Shown: positions 10,802-21,419 of the stretch, in pieces
Numbering within the stretch: position 1 is the first letter of the stretch
Layout of the letters: every line of letters starts with the position of its first letter
NCBI GenBank assembly: GCA_051985775.1
Contig: JBPYDP010000022.1
Span: 12,133-76,132, forward strand
DNA: 64,000 nt
Direction of reading: 5' to 3'
Source of the DNA: Candidatus Nitrosopolaris sp.
GTDB lineage: Archaea; Thermoproteota; Nitrososphaeria; Nitrososphaerales; Nitrososphaeraceae
Position numbers and translations under genes: made by a program
Notes under the pieces: model-generated
Seen by the model: the letters and a program-made list of their open reading frames with translations, nothing else
Database searches by the model: none
What the model was told of the DNA's origin: nothing

Positions 10802-10923
10802 GTATGTCTATAATAAGAAATCACGTAAAAGCTTATCGTGTCGGTTGTACCGTGATTGTCAGCTTTCTAATGACTGATCATGCCGTTAATCAATTAATTT
10901 CAGTAGCCATCTGATTATCATTT

Positions 10924-11109
10924 TCACAATTCACTAAACACTCTAAGACTTTCACCCCGGGTTTTAGTTCTTTGCATATATGTGGTAAGGTAGTTCAAGG
11001 CGTCTTGTCTTGAGTCAAACTTCGCCTCACCTCTGAACGATCCATTTTGATCAATAAGACTAACTACTTTCCAGATACCATTTTTACTTAATTTCTTGAC
11101 GGTAAACAT
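10924..11109 (-). CDS. small hypothetical protein
   Basis: ATG ORF with protein-like composition and an AT-rich TATA-like element upstream. Confidence 0.6.
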   Translation of the reverse strand: MFTVKKLSKNGIWKVVSLIDQNGSFRGEAKFDSRQDALNYLTTYMQRTKTRGESLRVFSEL

Positions 11110-11464
11110 GTCTCAACATTCAATCTGGAGGACCATGCCATTAAACTTGGCTGAATACCAAAAAAGGCAAGTGATAAGCTCTCTTAAATAATGTCTGACA
11201 ATTAACACACTGACCGATATTTGCTTTACACCGAATTTCTTTCTCTATAGCTCATTCTCAATGCAATCAAACACCGTCAGCTTCGAGACTTTGCTTGATG
11301 TATAGCCTAACAAAGATTATTCATAGATCTTATTGTCTCTAATTAACGTAGTAACACTTTAAACAGGTAAGGTATCTCGTTCAAACTCAAGCTTTTAATT
11401 TTCTAGTTCTTATTTACTAGTTTTGATGATTGTACTAGGTTTCTAATATTAAATAAAAATCATA

Positions 11465-12778
11465 TCAAGAAATCTGTGCAATCAAATTATTATTTGTTGC
11501 TGACCTAAATCGTAAAATTGCCCCTATGCTACCCAAACTAGAGATTTGAACACCTTCCTCTGATCTTCCAGATATTATTTCAAGGCGACTTCCCGTCAAA
11601 GCAGCCAATTCCTCAAGATAGTCGACGATGTCTTTCTCTGTGATTTCATAGTCTATTGCTGAACATGATGGGCATGGCTTTGAGATTAAACCTTGTTTAG
11701 CAGATGCGGCATGGATTCTTTCAATAATCTTTTGTTGGCTGTATCCGCATCTATTACATTTCGCATCCAGCTTGGTCTGGGATATATCGTCGGTAACAAT
11801 TACCATATCGACTATCCCACTTCGGAGTGACGAAAGGACATCTGACATGCCATAAATACCTAAGCCATTTCCTGAATGAACCTCACTCATGAATTTTTTT
11901 ACGATCTTTTTTTCCTCCATTAACCTATAATCTGCCATTATCCCCTGATCATTCACTTTGTCTATAATCTCCCGTATTCCTTCGTCACCAGAGTAGGATG
12001 TATCTAGGGTTGTTATAACGTTGTTCTGTAATCGATAATCTAAATATTCTTCCTTAAGAAAGTTCTCTTTAGTTGGACCCGGACCGCCCACAATAATTCC
12101 TCGAACATTATGTTGATGTATGAAGACTTTCTGGGCATGATCAGCAACTCTATGATAGTAATCGTTGAGTTCGTTGTCACGAAGTCTTTCAAATCTCCTT
12201 GCAGATTGACCACCCTGTCGATGTTTGCCTGCAACGCCTGAAGTCATGGTATCTACAACAAGCCACCGGTCACCTGTCAATATCCCAAGTCCTGCTTCTT
12301 GAGTATCGATGGCAACAATACCGATTACCTTGTCATCCTTTAACATATCTTTCAAGTGACCTATCCAAAAATGGTCATCGCAGCGATAAAGCTGGATCTG
12401 GACCGGCTTAGGCGGGATTACAGAGTAAAGCTCAATTTTTTCCGTCCCAAATCCCTTACCTGTAGGAATAGCTCCACAAAACACCACCAGCCCATTTTCC
12501 GGGGTATCCTTAAAAAGCTTCAAGTGCTCAATTGTCCTGCTTAGTGCATCTTGAACATGGCTCCGGGTTAGGTCGGATTTTATGTTTGATGCAGTGCCTG
12601 ACTCATTCCTAAGCTGTGCTATAACCTCGTATATTGGTCGTCTAGGTGGGATGTATACTGTTACTAGCTCTGTGCCATGACCTACAAATTCACCCAATTC
12701 ATTTAACATTTTGGTAAGTTTGTAACGCCTTACTGAATCCCATTTCGATTGTGTGTTAGAGCTAGGGTTGACATTCAT
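11465..12778 (-). CDS. prf1: peptide chain release factor aRF1
   Basis: TASNIKS, YRCD and GGQS motifs. Confidence 0.97.
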   Translation of the reverse strand: MNVNPSSNTQSKWDSVRRYKLTKMLNELGEFVGHGTELVTVYIPPRRPIYEVIAQLRNESGTASNIKSDLTRSHVQDALSRTIEHLKLFKDTPENGLVVFCGAIPTGKGFGTEKIELYSVIPPKPVQIQLYRCDDHFWIGHLKDMLKDDKVIGIVAIDTQEAGLGILTGDRWLVVDTMTSGVAGKHRQGGQSARRFERLRDNELNDYYHRVADHAQKVFIHQHNVRGIIVGGPGPTKENFLKEEYLDYRLQNNVITTLDTSYSGDEGIREIIDKVNDQGIMADYRLMEEKKIVKKFMSEVHSGNGLGIYGMSDVLSSLRSGIVDMVIVTDDISQTKLDAKCNRCGYSQQKIIERIHAASAKQGLISKPCPSCSAIDYEITEKDIVDYLEELAALTGSRLEIISGRSEEGVQISSLGSIGAILRFRSATNNNLIAQIS

Positions 12779-12910
12779 AGCTGTTAAAAGTCTTCAAGCG
12801 GGCTTAATATAAGTATACCAAGTTGATCCCAAGCTTGTTACAGAATATCTTAACTCTTAGGTTCTTAGGCCCAAATTATTATAATACGTAAGCTTTGAAT
12901 TAGAAAAGTA

Positions 12911-13471
12911 TTGGAAATTCTACCAAGACTTGAGTACATAACTCATGCTAGAAGAAGGCTTGGATTGACTCAGCGTAAGCTAGCAATGTTGACTGGTTTA
13001 AGCACGTCTATGATTAATCAAATTGAGTCCGGTCGATGCAGACCAAGTTATGAAACAGCTCGAAAAATCTTTGACCTTCTTAGCTCACTTGAAGGTCAAT
13101 CTGCTCTGAAGGCCGGGGATATATGTAGCCGAAGCCTCTACTTCGTCCAGAAGGGCGACACAATCAGGGTCGCGATTGATAGAATGAGAAGCAATTCTAT
13201 CAGTCAAATCCCAGTGTTTGATGGTTTTCAAGTAGTGGGTATAATAAGCGAGGACGGTCTTGCCAAAAGTATGGTAGAAACAACGAAGGCCCGCGATCGT
13301 GATATAACCTTAGCGACGATAATGGAACCGCCACCACCAATCGTAGACTTGTCAACCCCAGCCAAGGCACTAGTCCCCTTGGTAAGGTTCTCTAAATGCG
13401 TTCTCGTCAGCGAAAAGGGTGTAGTTATAGGTATAATAACACTTACAGACACTTTGAAAATGGTAGAATGA
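12911..13471 (+). CDS. XRE-HTH + CBS domain transcriptional regulator
   Basis: LGLTQRKLA...INQIESG HTH followed by a CBS pair. Confidence 0.9.
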   Translation: MEILPRLEYITHARRRLGLTQRKLAMLTGLSTSMINQIESGRCRPSYETARKIFDLLSSLEGQSALKAGDICSRSLYFVQKGDTIRVAIDRMRSNSISQIPVFDGFQVVGIISEDGLAKSMVETTKARDRDITLATIMEPPPPIVDLSTPAKALVPLVRFSKCVLVSEKGVVIGIITLTDTLKMVE

Positions 13472-13919
13472 TTACATGGTCGTACCTCACACAATGCCTG
13501 CTCCTGGTTCACAACTTCTGCATAGTTTGACCACCAAATTAAAGCTGTTTTGCTGGCAGGGCCGTATTGTTAACCATAAGTACATGATCTACTGAATGTC
13601 GATGAATTTCATACATGCATTTACTTGTGCCAATCTTCGTGCTTCATTTAAACTTTCAGCATAACTATGTGATTCGACTAAATTATTGAAGTTTTAAGGA
13701 TCCTGAACTTACAACTACTCTCTATCGGCAACTAGGGGCTATGAGAAAACCTGAGTTGCTCCATAATTTGCCTCGTTATTGAGCAATTATTATGGAGCAT
13801 GATGCAAATAAAGTATTCCCATCTAATCATATACTAAAGGACGTAGAGTTTTTTCTGATGAAAGTTGGCATCCGGTTTGGTCCCTGGCTCATAATCCAAA
13901 GAATTCAATCTAATATTAT

Positions 13920-14048
13920 TTATTCTAATAATTTCTCCAACCCTACGCAACAATCCACATTTTTCAAACAACTTGTGCACAGCTTCAGCTCATTCTCAGG
14001 CTGTACTAAAAGTCCACATAAGGGGCATTTTCTTATGACACTTTCCAT
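13920..14048 (-). CDS. CPxCG-type zinc-finger microprotein, 42 aa (50 aa if started at 14072; not in ORF track)
   Basis: Manual translation MESVIRKCPLCGLLVQPENELKLCTSCLKNVDCCVGLEKLLE; TATA-like ATTATAAT about 25 nt upstream. Confidence 0.65.
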   Translation of the reverse strand: MESVIRKCPLCGLLVQPENELKLCTSCLKNVDCCVGLEKLLE

Positions 14049-14360
14049 ATCAGCAAGGTGAATTCTTCTCATATTATAATGTTCACTGCCTTGCTGATCT
14101 GGTCATTTTGAAATGAGTTTAAACTTGAACGATGCGGGTGTTGGCTGAAATTTTCTAACTACACTTACCAGAGAAACAGTGGTTTACTTTTAATTCTAAA
14201 ATTTTGATGCCTTGAGCGTAGCACTGAAGTAATAAAAGACGTCGAATGAATTAAAGCTCGATTCATACAACAAAATTGTTAATCTGTAGCAAGGATCAGC
14301 GCTTACTCGAGCTCTTTAAGCAATCACAGTATTCAAGTTTCGGAAATGACGTGCGATGCC

Positions 14361-15740
14361 CTATTCGACAACTGTCCAAATAGTTCTGTGTTTATGATCG
14401 ATCAATTCGACTGAAAATTCTTTTCTAAGCTTTCTTCTTATCGAATCGGATTCTTCAAATCGCCTCTGTTCTCGCAGACGAGTGCGCAGATGAATTAAGC
14501 GTTCTATCTGACTTTTTTCTTTTTCACTGACTTCTCTTAACTTTAGCCCGAGAACGTTCATGATATTATCGAAAACTTTTCTAGCCACCGCAGCCTTACT
14601 GTGCGTGATTATTTCCTCAGCCGCAAGTCGATTTAATTCATTTACGAATCTAAGAAAAATGGTGATGGCTAGGGAGGTATTTAAGTCTTCTTCCATCGCA
14701 CGATCGAACGCATTCTTCGTATTAGTAGATAATTGATCCACTACCGATAGAGAGACATTATTGTTACTTGCAGAGCTCAATTCACATGCACAAATCTCTA
14801 TTTGTCGCCACTTCTGCTTGCACTCGCTCAATAGGGCCTCAGAGTAGCCTAGAGGCTTAGAATAGTGAACAGACATGCAGTAAATGCGTACACTATTTGG
14901 TCCATATCTGGATATGGCATATTGGATCGTGACGATGTTGCTAAGCGATTTAGACATTTTTATTAAATTCACTGTCACCACTCCACAATGCATCCAAATT
15001 TTTGCGAATTTATTACCTGAGAACGATTCAGATTGTGCGATCTCATTCTCATGATGGGGAAAGACAAGGTCGTAGCCGCCTCCGTGGATCTCAAAAGGGC
15101 TCCCAAAGTATTTCAAGGCCATAGCGGAGCACTCAATGTGCCATCCAGGTCTACCTTTCCCCCAAGGAGACTCCCAGGTTGGAGGATTTGATTCGAATTT
15201 CCACAATGCAAAATCGAGAGGATTCTCTTTATGACGATCAATCTCTACTCTCGCTCCTATTTCCAACTCTCCAATCGATTTGTTCGACAACTTGCCGTAA
15301 CCTTTAAAGGATTTTACTCTAAAATAAACGCCATTTTGTGAGAGATACGCAAATCCCTTTTCCAGTAGAACCTCGATGATTCCTATTATCTCTGGTATGT
15401 GTTCTGTTGCTTTTGGATACAGATCAGCCCGAAGTACATTTAGCGAATCAAAGTCCCTAAAGTATTTCAAGATATATTTAGAAGAGACCTCATCAGCAAC
15501 GACTCCTTCGATGAGGGCTCTGTTTATTATTTTGTCATCAACATCCGTGAAGTTCTGGATAAGTTCTACTCTAAATCCTTTTGAAAGAAGGTAGCGGCGG
15601 AAAATGTCAAAAATGACAATGGTTCGTGCATGGCCTACATGGGAATCATCATAGACAGTTACGCCACACACGTAAATCCTGACGGGATGCGAATGATTTA
15701 GGCTAGCAAACTGTTTCGTTAAAGTGTTAAATACTTTCAA
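14361..15740 (-). CDS. cysS: cysteinyl-tRNA synthetase
   Basis: CGVTVYD, HVGH, GRPGWHIEC, KMSKS. Confidence 0.97.
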   Translation of the reverse strand: MKVFNTLTKQFASLNHSHPVRIYVCGVTVYDDSHVGHARTIVIFDIFRRYLLSKGFRVELIQNFTDVDDKIINRALIEGVVADEVSSKYILKYFRDFDSLNVLRADLYPKATEHIPEIIGIIEVLLEKGFAYLSQNGVYFRVKSFKGYGKLSNKSIGELEIGARVEIDRHKENPLDFALWKFESNPPTWESPWGKGRPGWHIECSAMALKYFGSPFEIHGGGYDLVFPHHENEIAQSESFSGNKFAKIWMHCGVVTVNLIKMSKSLSNIVTIQYAISRYGPNSVRIYCMSVHYSKPLGYSEALLSECKQKWRQIEICACELSSASNNNVSLSVVDQLSTNTKNAFDRAMEEDLNTSLAITIFLRFVNELNRLAAEEIITHSKAAVARKVFDNIMNVLGLKLREVSEKEKSQIERLIHLRTRLREQRRFEESDSIRRKLRKEFSVELIDHKHRTIWTVVE

Positions 15741-15852
15741 TTAGTTCAGTCACGGACTTCCAATCCAAAACTACAAGTTTGACACCATCGAGTCAGCTAG
15801 AAGATCTAAGAAAGAATCTCTGGTATGATTCAAAGCGTCGGAACTTTGCATA

Positions 15853-16158
15853 CTAAATGTTTATATAAATTTGATTTTCGTCAACCTTTAGAGGATAGGT
15901 AGTAAGATTAACTCCATCTGCATAATCAATTAATTTGCCTGTTCTCAGATTATAGTGCCATGAATGCAAGGGACATTCAACTATTTCCCCCTCTATCCTT
16001 CCAGGAGCAAGTGATCCATTTTGATGCCTACAAAGGCCTTCGATTGCATAATATTTCCCACCTACGTTAAATAGTGCTATTTTAATCCCATTGACTTCTA
16101 ATTCTTTTCCCTTGCCTTGATCAATCTCTTCAGTCGCCGCTATCCGATGGTAAGTCAT
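15853..16158 (-). CDS. Rieske [2Fe-2S] ferredoxin
   Basis: CRH and CPLH ligand motifs. Confidence 0.92.
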   Translation of the reverse strand: MTYHRIAATEEIDQGKGKELEVNGIKIALFNVGGKYYAIEGLCRHQNGSLAPGRIEGEIVECPLHSWHYNLRTGKLIDYADGVNLTTYPLKVDENQIYINI

Positions 16159-16408
16159 TTCATATTGAGATCACTTTCAGACTATAAAGTGTTGCCTATT
16201 GTAAGCTTATCATAAAGATATCTTTCATAAATTCTGACCGACTTCAAAGAATTATTTGCGATAGTATGAAATTCTTTAGCGTATATTTGCCTAAGCTGTT
16301 CAGGAAAGATTAGCCACATACAAGATTTCACAATATTAAAATCTCAGAACACCCTTCACTACGAATGAACACACTGCTTATAACAAGTGGAAACAAAACA
16401 GGATCGTA

Positions 16409-16960
16409 TTGAAGCGCAATAAATTCGATTCGCGGTCTGATACAACTACCAGATCATTTAGATTCGACTTGGCACTTTCAGGGATTTTAGAGAAAGAAGC
16501 AGAAGGGATGGGAATTTCGGTGAATGCATTAGTCGGGATCATCATCAAGCGATATGTTGAATTTACTAGATTCTTGTCAAAAATAGACATGATAGTGATT
16601 AACAGGGAGTTCTTGACAGCGCTAATTGGATCTTATGATGATGACAAACTGTATAGCATTGGCCTAAAACTTGGTGAGACTGTTTCCAAAGATACCGTTC
16701 TGTTTTGGAAGAAGGAGCTATCAGAACAAGCCGTCCTGGAGTATGTTGAAAAGATTATCTGTCGCTATGGTCATCTTGGAACATACGATGAAACTTCACA
16801 ATCGAGTGGGAGAACTGTTGTGATAAGACATAGACTAGGCATTAAGGGCTCGTTATTCTTTGAAGGATATCTAAAATCTACCCTAATAAACACAGCTATC
16901 AGGGATGTCAATTTCGAAATAACAGAGTCTTCGATCAAATTTTTTATCAAAAACCACTAA
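16409..16960 (+). CDS. hypothetical protein with RHH-like N-terminus
   Basis: TRSFR...EAEGMGISVNALV pattern. Confidence 0.65.
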   Translation: MKRNKFDSRSDTTTRSFRFDLALSGILEKEAEGMGISVNALVGIIIKRYVEFTRFLSKIDMIVINREFLTALIGSYDDDKLYSIGLKLGETVSKDTVLFWKKELSEQAVLEYVEKIICRYGHLGTYDETSQSSGRTVVIRHRLGIKGSLFFEGYLKSTLINTAIRDVNFEITESSIKFFIKNH

Positions 16961-17021
16961 CTGAAAAGAGAATACCAAAGGTTCATAAATTGATCTTTCC
17001 ATCAACAGGCTATCGTTCATA

Positions 17022-17630
17022 ATGTTCGAAATAGTCCGTATGAGTGATGTTGTAAGGATTCCTCCAAGTAGATTGAAGAATTCGTTAAGGGATACCGCAA
17101 TCGGTATTTTGAAGGAGAAATACGAGAGCATGATAAGTCCCGAGCTTGGTTATGTTATAATGATCATAGACGCTAGCGCAAATTCGGTTGGTAAACTTAT
17201 TGCCGGCGATGGAGCTACATATCATCGGGTAAACTTTAGTGCCTTAACGTTTTATCCAAAATTGCAAGAAGTAGTGGAAGGAGAGATAGTAGAAATTACT
17301 GACTTTGGGGCATTTGTCAGAATCGGCCCTACAGACGCATTGTTGCATCTATCGCAAATTACAGATGACTACCTCAGGAGTGATGTTAAGCAAGGGATCA
17401 TAATCGCAAATCAGAGTGCAAGGAGTTTGAGAATCGGATCAAGGATCCGCGCAAGGGTTACGGCGATAAGTCTAGGGAAAGGAGCCGCTATGGGAAAAAT
17501 TGGGATAACTTGTAGGCAGCCATTTCTTGGTGCTAGCGATTGGATTCAACAAGAGGTTGTCAGGGCAAAACAGCCCCCAGCACATTCAGCATCGAAAGAA
17601 AAGAAAGGTGGGACAGGGGGAAATAAGTAG
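17022..17630 (+). CDS. rpoE1: RNA polymerase subunit Rpo7 (E')
   Basis: GDGATYH and S1 domain FGAFVRIGPTDALLHLSQI. Confidence 0.96.
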   Translation: MFEIVRMSDVVRIPPSRLKNSLRDTAIGILKEKYESMISPELGYVIMIIDASANSVGKLIAGDGATYHRVNFSALTFYPKLQEVVEGEIVEITDFGAFVRIGPTDALLHLSQITDDYLRSDVKQGIIIANQSARSLRIGSRIRARVTAISLGKGAAMGKIGITCRQPFLGASDWIQQEVVRAKQPPAHSASKEKKGGTGGNK

Positions 17631-17819
17631 TTGGCTAGGGAAGTAGCATGCAAAAAATGCAAGGCAGTGACTGTGGGAAAAGTGTGTCCCCTTTGCAAAT
17701 CGGTTGATCTAAGTCCTGATTGGTCAGGGATCATCTTAATTTTTGATCCAGCAAGATCCATGGTCGCTTCCACCCTCGACTTGACAATGCCTCATAAATA
17801 TGCGCTTAAAGTTGCGTAA
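17631..17819 (+). CDS. spt4: transcription elongation factor Spt4
   Basis: ACKKC...CPLC...DWSG; directly follows rpoE1. Confidence 0.93.
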   Translation: MAREVACKKCKAVTVGKVCPLCKSVDLSPDWSGIILIFDPARSMVASTLDLTMPHKYALKVA

Positions 17820-18706
17820 TGACCGAAATAGCAGAGGATCTGCGTACGTATCTTGCAGTTAGAAAATCGTTAGTAGAATTCTTAGAACAGGATTTGGGTA
17901 CTGGCGACGTAACCAGCGATCACCTTATCGAGCCAAACGTCTTCGCTTCAGCTGAAATAGTATGCAAATCCGAGCGGCCTGCGACTGTTGCAGGATTAAA
18001 AGAAGCAGGCATCCTATTTCAAATATGCGACTGTAGTGTTCAGACTCTCGTAATTGACGGAGCAAAAGTGAAAAAAGGATGTGTAGTAATGAAAGTTACA
18101 GGGTTGGCTAGAGCAATACTCAAAGCGGAGAGATCGGCATTGAATCTCATAATGAGAATGAGCGGTATTGCCTCGGAAACTCGCAGAGTGGTTGAGCTAG
18201 TCAGAAAAGTTAACAAATCCACAAGAATTTCGTGTACCCGAAAGACTGCCCCTGGATTAAGGTATTTTGACAAGAAAGCAGTAGAATTGGGGGGAGGTTG
18301 GTCACATAGAATGGGACTTGACGATATGATTCTGATAAAGGATAACCACCTAGTTTTGAGTCCATCTATTAGCGAATCTGCAAGAATTGCAACTGAGAAG
18401 ACTCGGGGCACTTTATTACTTGAATGCGAAGTTAAGAATTTTGCGGAAATGTGCGCCGCGATAAGTGCCGACGTAGACGTTGTAATGCTTGACAACTTTT
18501 CATTAGAGCAAGCAGAAGTTGCTATGTCAACAATTAGGAAGAAAGCTTTTCACAAAAAGATCAAGACTGAGATATCGGGCGGAATTGAATTCCAAAATAT
18601 TTTATCCTATGCACGCCTAGATCCCGACATTATTTCGATTGGGTACTTAACCCATTCGGTGAAGGCGATAGATTTCAGCTTGAAAGTTATTAATCGTCAG
18701 GTCTAA
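17819..18706 (+). CDS. nadC: quinolinate phosphoribosyltransferase
   Basis: TRKTAPGLR, HRMGLDD, IKDNH, MLDN. Confidence 0.95.
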   Translation: MTEIAEDLRTYLAVRKSLVEFLEQDLGTGDVTSDHLIEPNVFASAEIVCKSERPATVAGLKEAGILFQICDCSVQTLVIDGAKVKKGCVVMKVTGLARAILKAERSALNLIMRMSGIASETRRVVELVRKVNKSTRISCTRKTAPGLRYFDKKAVELGGGWSHRMGLDDMILIKDNHLVLSPSISESARIATEKTRGTLLLECEVKNFAEMCAAISADVDVVMLDNFSLEQAEVAMSTIRKKAFHKKIKTEISGGIEFQNILSYARLDPDIISIGYLTHSVKAIDFSLKVINRQV

Positions 18707-18744
18707 TGGCAGCAAGAACAAAACTGATAGTCAATCTATTCAAA

Positions 18745-19686
18745 TCATCCTATGGCAAGCATGCGTGTTATCGCCCCTCTTGCTTTAGCCGCAACATTGG
18801 CCGGAACCGTAACTCGATACACATTGTTAAGGAGTGAGTTTTCTATTTTTTCTAAATTGATTAACTTCATATATCTGCAAATAGCGTCGTTCTTTATCGG
18901 GATAAATTGCTTACCTGGGGATTCCTTCCTCATTCTATGTAGTATGCCTGTTTCTGTTGCAACTACAAATTGTTTAGCATTTGACGAACTGGCATGCTTT
19001 ATCATACCTTCAGTTGAAAGGATATGTGCTGATTTCCCCAATTCTCCAGTAGAAATATGATACATGGTCGTTGACGTACATCCACATTCAGGGTGTACCA
19101 AAAAATCCGCTTGGTCGTACCTCTCAAGCATATTATTAATGTCTTCAGGCCTTATTCCTGCATGAACATGACATTCCCCAGGCCAAATATACATATTCTT
19201 TCTATCGGTCATCTTTGCCACATAAGAACCTAGAAAAATATCTGGAAGGAAAAGTATCTCTCGGTCTGAAGGTATACTATTAACCACTTTAACTGCGTTG
19301 GAGGATGTACAACAATAGTCAGATAGGGCCTTTACCTCTGCAGAAGTGTTGACATAGCTCACTACAATCGCATCAGCATGTTTCGCTTTCCAAGATCTTA
19401 CTTCGGAAGCATTAATACTGGAAGCTAGAGAGCATCCGGCATCTAAATCAGGGATTAAGACTTGTTTATCAGGACAAAGAATAGCTGCTGTCTCAGCCAT
19501 GAAATGGACACCACAGAATACTATCGTTTGAGCATCAGATTGTGCAGCAGTCCTAGATAGGGCTAGAGAATCGCCAACGACATCAGCCACTTCTTGCACC
19601 TCTGGCAATTGATAGTTATGTGCAATGATTATTGCATTTTTCGTACTCTTCAATAGATGAACTCGATTCTTGCGCTCTTCAAGCAT
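18745..19686 (-). CDS. nadA: quinolinate synthase
   Basis: AHNYQ, FCGVHFMAE, CTSSNA, HPEC; start at 19686 or 19716. Confidence 0.95.
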   Translation of the reverse strand: MLEERKNRVHLLKSTKNAIIIAHNYQLPEVQEVADVVGDSLALSRTAAQSDAQTIVFCGVHFMAETAAILCPDKQVLIPDLDAGCSLASSINASEVRSWKAKHADAIVVSYVNTSAEVKALSDYCCTSSNAVKVVNSIPSDREILFLPDIFLGSYVAKMTDRKNMYIWPGECHVHAGIRPEDINNMLERYDQADFLVHPECGCTSTTMYHISTGELGKSAHILSTEGMIKHASSSNAKQFVVATETGILHRMRKESPGKQFIPIKNDAICRYMKLINLEKIENSLLNNVYRVTVPANVAAKARGAITRMLAIG

Positions 19687-19844
19687 CGTATAGTGTTCAA
19701 ACAACCACGAATGCACATTTAAAGGAGTATGTTCGAGGAGATGGCTGCCCTTGAGATTTCAAGAATTGGCAATACTTGCCACTTTGATATTACAGATCAT
19801 TTTGGATATACATATATTAGATTGACCTTCAATATATTCTAAAA

Positions 19845-20024
19845 ATGCCAACTCATGGATCTTTGACCAAGGCCGGGAAAGTTAGAGGGCAAACTCCTAA
19901 AATTCAAGGCAAAATCAGACAAAGTCCTGTCTCAAAACTTCGTAATAAAAATAACTTTGTGAAGCGTTTTGAGAGGAGACGACCACCGGGACAGAAAAGG
20001 CTGGAGAGAGGCGGCAGGCGATAG
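19845..20024 (+). CDS. rps30e: 30S ribosomal protein S30e, 59 aa (not in ORF track)
   Basis: Manual translation [20 protein letters not shown]... Confidence 0.96.
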   Translation: MPTHGSLTKAGKVRGQTPKIQGKIRQSPVSKLRNKNNFVKRFERRRPPGQKRLERGGRR

Positions 20025-20067
20025 ATACCTTTGGCATGTTATATTTCTGAATGCCCTTGACTTCTTT

Positions 20068-20901
20068 ATGAACATTTGCATAATTGGGTGCGGAGCCATT
20101 GGCAGTGAATTAGCGATATCGATAGATTCTCGAGTCATAGACAATGCGAATTTAGTCGCCTTATTTGATGCCAACGAAATAACTACCCAAAGATTGAAGC
20201 TTCGTCTGCATAATAAGAACGTAGCCTCCTTTTCCAATTTTAATGAGTTAGCTTGCTCTCAAGAATTTCAGGTCACCGATATGGTAATCGAAGCCGCATC
20301 GCAGGCTGCTGTCAGAGAGTATGCGAAACTAGTATTAGCTCACAAAAAGGATCTTCTTTTATTGAGCGTAGGTGCTTTGTCGGACGACATTTTTTCGTAT
20401 GAATTACTTGAAATAGCCACAAGTAATGAGAATCGTATTTACATACCCACTGGGGCAATCGCTGGTTTGGATGCAATTAGGAGCGTTAAAGCATTGCTCA
20501 CCTCTGTATTACTCATAACGACAAAAAATCCCAAAGCTTTGACAGGCGCCCCATTTTTTGCTTCCAACCCTGTGAAATTGGGTGACATTAAAGAAAGCAC
20601 GGTAATATATCGAGGTAATGCGCAAGACGCTGCTAAGAAATTCCCAGCAAATATCAACGTTGCTGTGGCGCTAGGCCTCGCGGGAATTGGTCTTCGAGAA
20701 ACGAAAGTGGAAATAATTGCTGACCCAAGCTTTAACGTAAACCAGCATTGCATTAAGGCAATCGGCTCTTTTGGAGAGATTCTTATAACCGTGAGAAGCA
20801 TGCCAACCGCTGACAATCCTAAAACCAGCGTCTTAGCAGTTAGTTCAGCAATAGAATGCTTGCGACAGGCATGTGGAAGTACGTTTAGAGTTGGGTCATA
20901 G
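20068..20901 (+). CDS. nadX: L-aspartate dehydrogenase
   Basis: IGCGAIG, EAAS, GAIAGLD, FPANINVA, NPKTS; clustered with nadA and nadC. Confidence 0.92.
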   Translation: MNICIIGCGAIGSELAISIDSRVIDNANLVALFDANEITTQRLKLRLHNKNVASFSNFNELACSQEFQVTDMVIEAASQAAVREYAKLVLAHKKDLLLLSVGALSDDIFSYELLEIATSNENRIYIPTGAIAGLDAIRSVKALLTSVLLITTKNPKALTGAPFFASNPVKLGDIKESTVIYRGNAQDAAKKFPANINVAVALGLAGIGLRETKVEIIADPSFNVNQHCIKAIGSFGEILITVRSMPTADNPKTSVLAVSSAIECLRQACGSTFRVGS

Positions 20902-20971
20902 GTTTCCAGCCCAGCTTAATTTTGACAGTTTATATATGGATGATGATCTGACTTCAGTAAAGGTATCTAGT

Positions 20972-21268
20972 ATGAGTTATGGAGGATTCAGAAGGAATGA
21001 CAACTTTGGTCCAAAACCGGTTGAAACAGGAAAGGAGTACGACGTACAGATTACTGAGATTAGTAGAAAAGGAGACGGGATTGCCAGAATCCAGGGATTT
21101 GTTATTTTTGTGAAGAATGGCAAAGTGGGTCAGAATGCAAAGATTAGAGTAGTTCAAGTAGGTAACAGATTCGCTACTGCTGAAATTGTTGATGGCGAAG
21201 TAACATCACCGGCATCTACAACTTCAGGCACGGCCACACAGTCTTCAAGCGAGCAAGTAACTAGCTAA
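20972..21268 (+). CDS. single TRAM-domain RNA-binding protein
   Basis: PKPVETGKEYDVQI...GDGIARIQGFVIFV. Confidence 0.92.
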   Translation: MSYGGFRRNDNFGPKPVETGKEYDVQITEISRKGDGIARIQGFVIFVKNGKVGQNAKIRVVQVGNRFATAEIVDGEVTSPASTTSGTATQSSSEQVTS

Positions 21269-21419
21269 ATCTACAGGTTCAATGCGTTGCGCGGCAGGGC
21301 CCTCATCGGTTTGCATTAAAGACCAGTTTTTTCTTCCATGTTTTTCTCTGCCAAGACATTCACGACTGAACTTTATTCGATTAGCAACTTAAGGATTCGT
21401 TGTCTTCGAATCTGCCGTA

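Noticed and set aside
13792-14061. 89-aa plus-strand ORF
   Set aside because: It is antisense to the CPxCG microprotein, which has the convincing motif.
19969-20067. N-terminal extension of aspartate dehydrogenase in the ORF track
   Set aside because: It overlaps rps30e; the Rossmann fold begins at ATG 20068.
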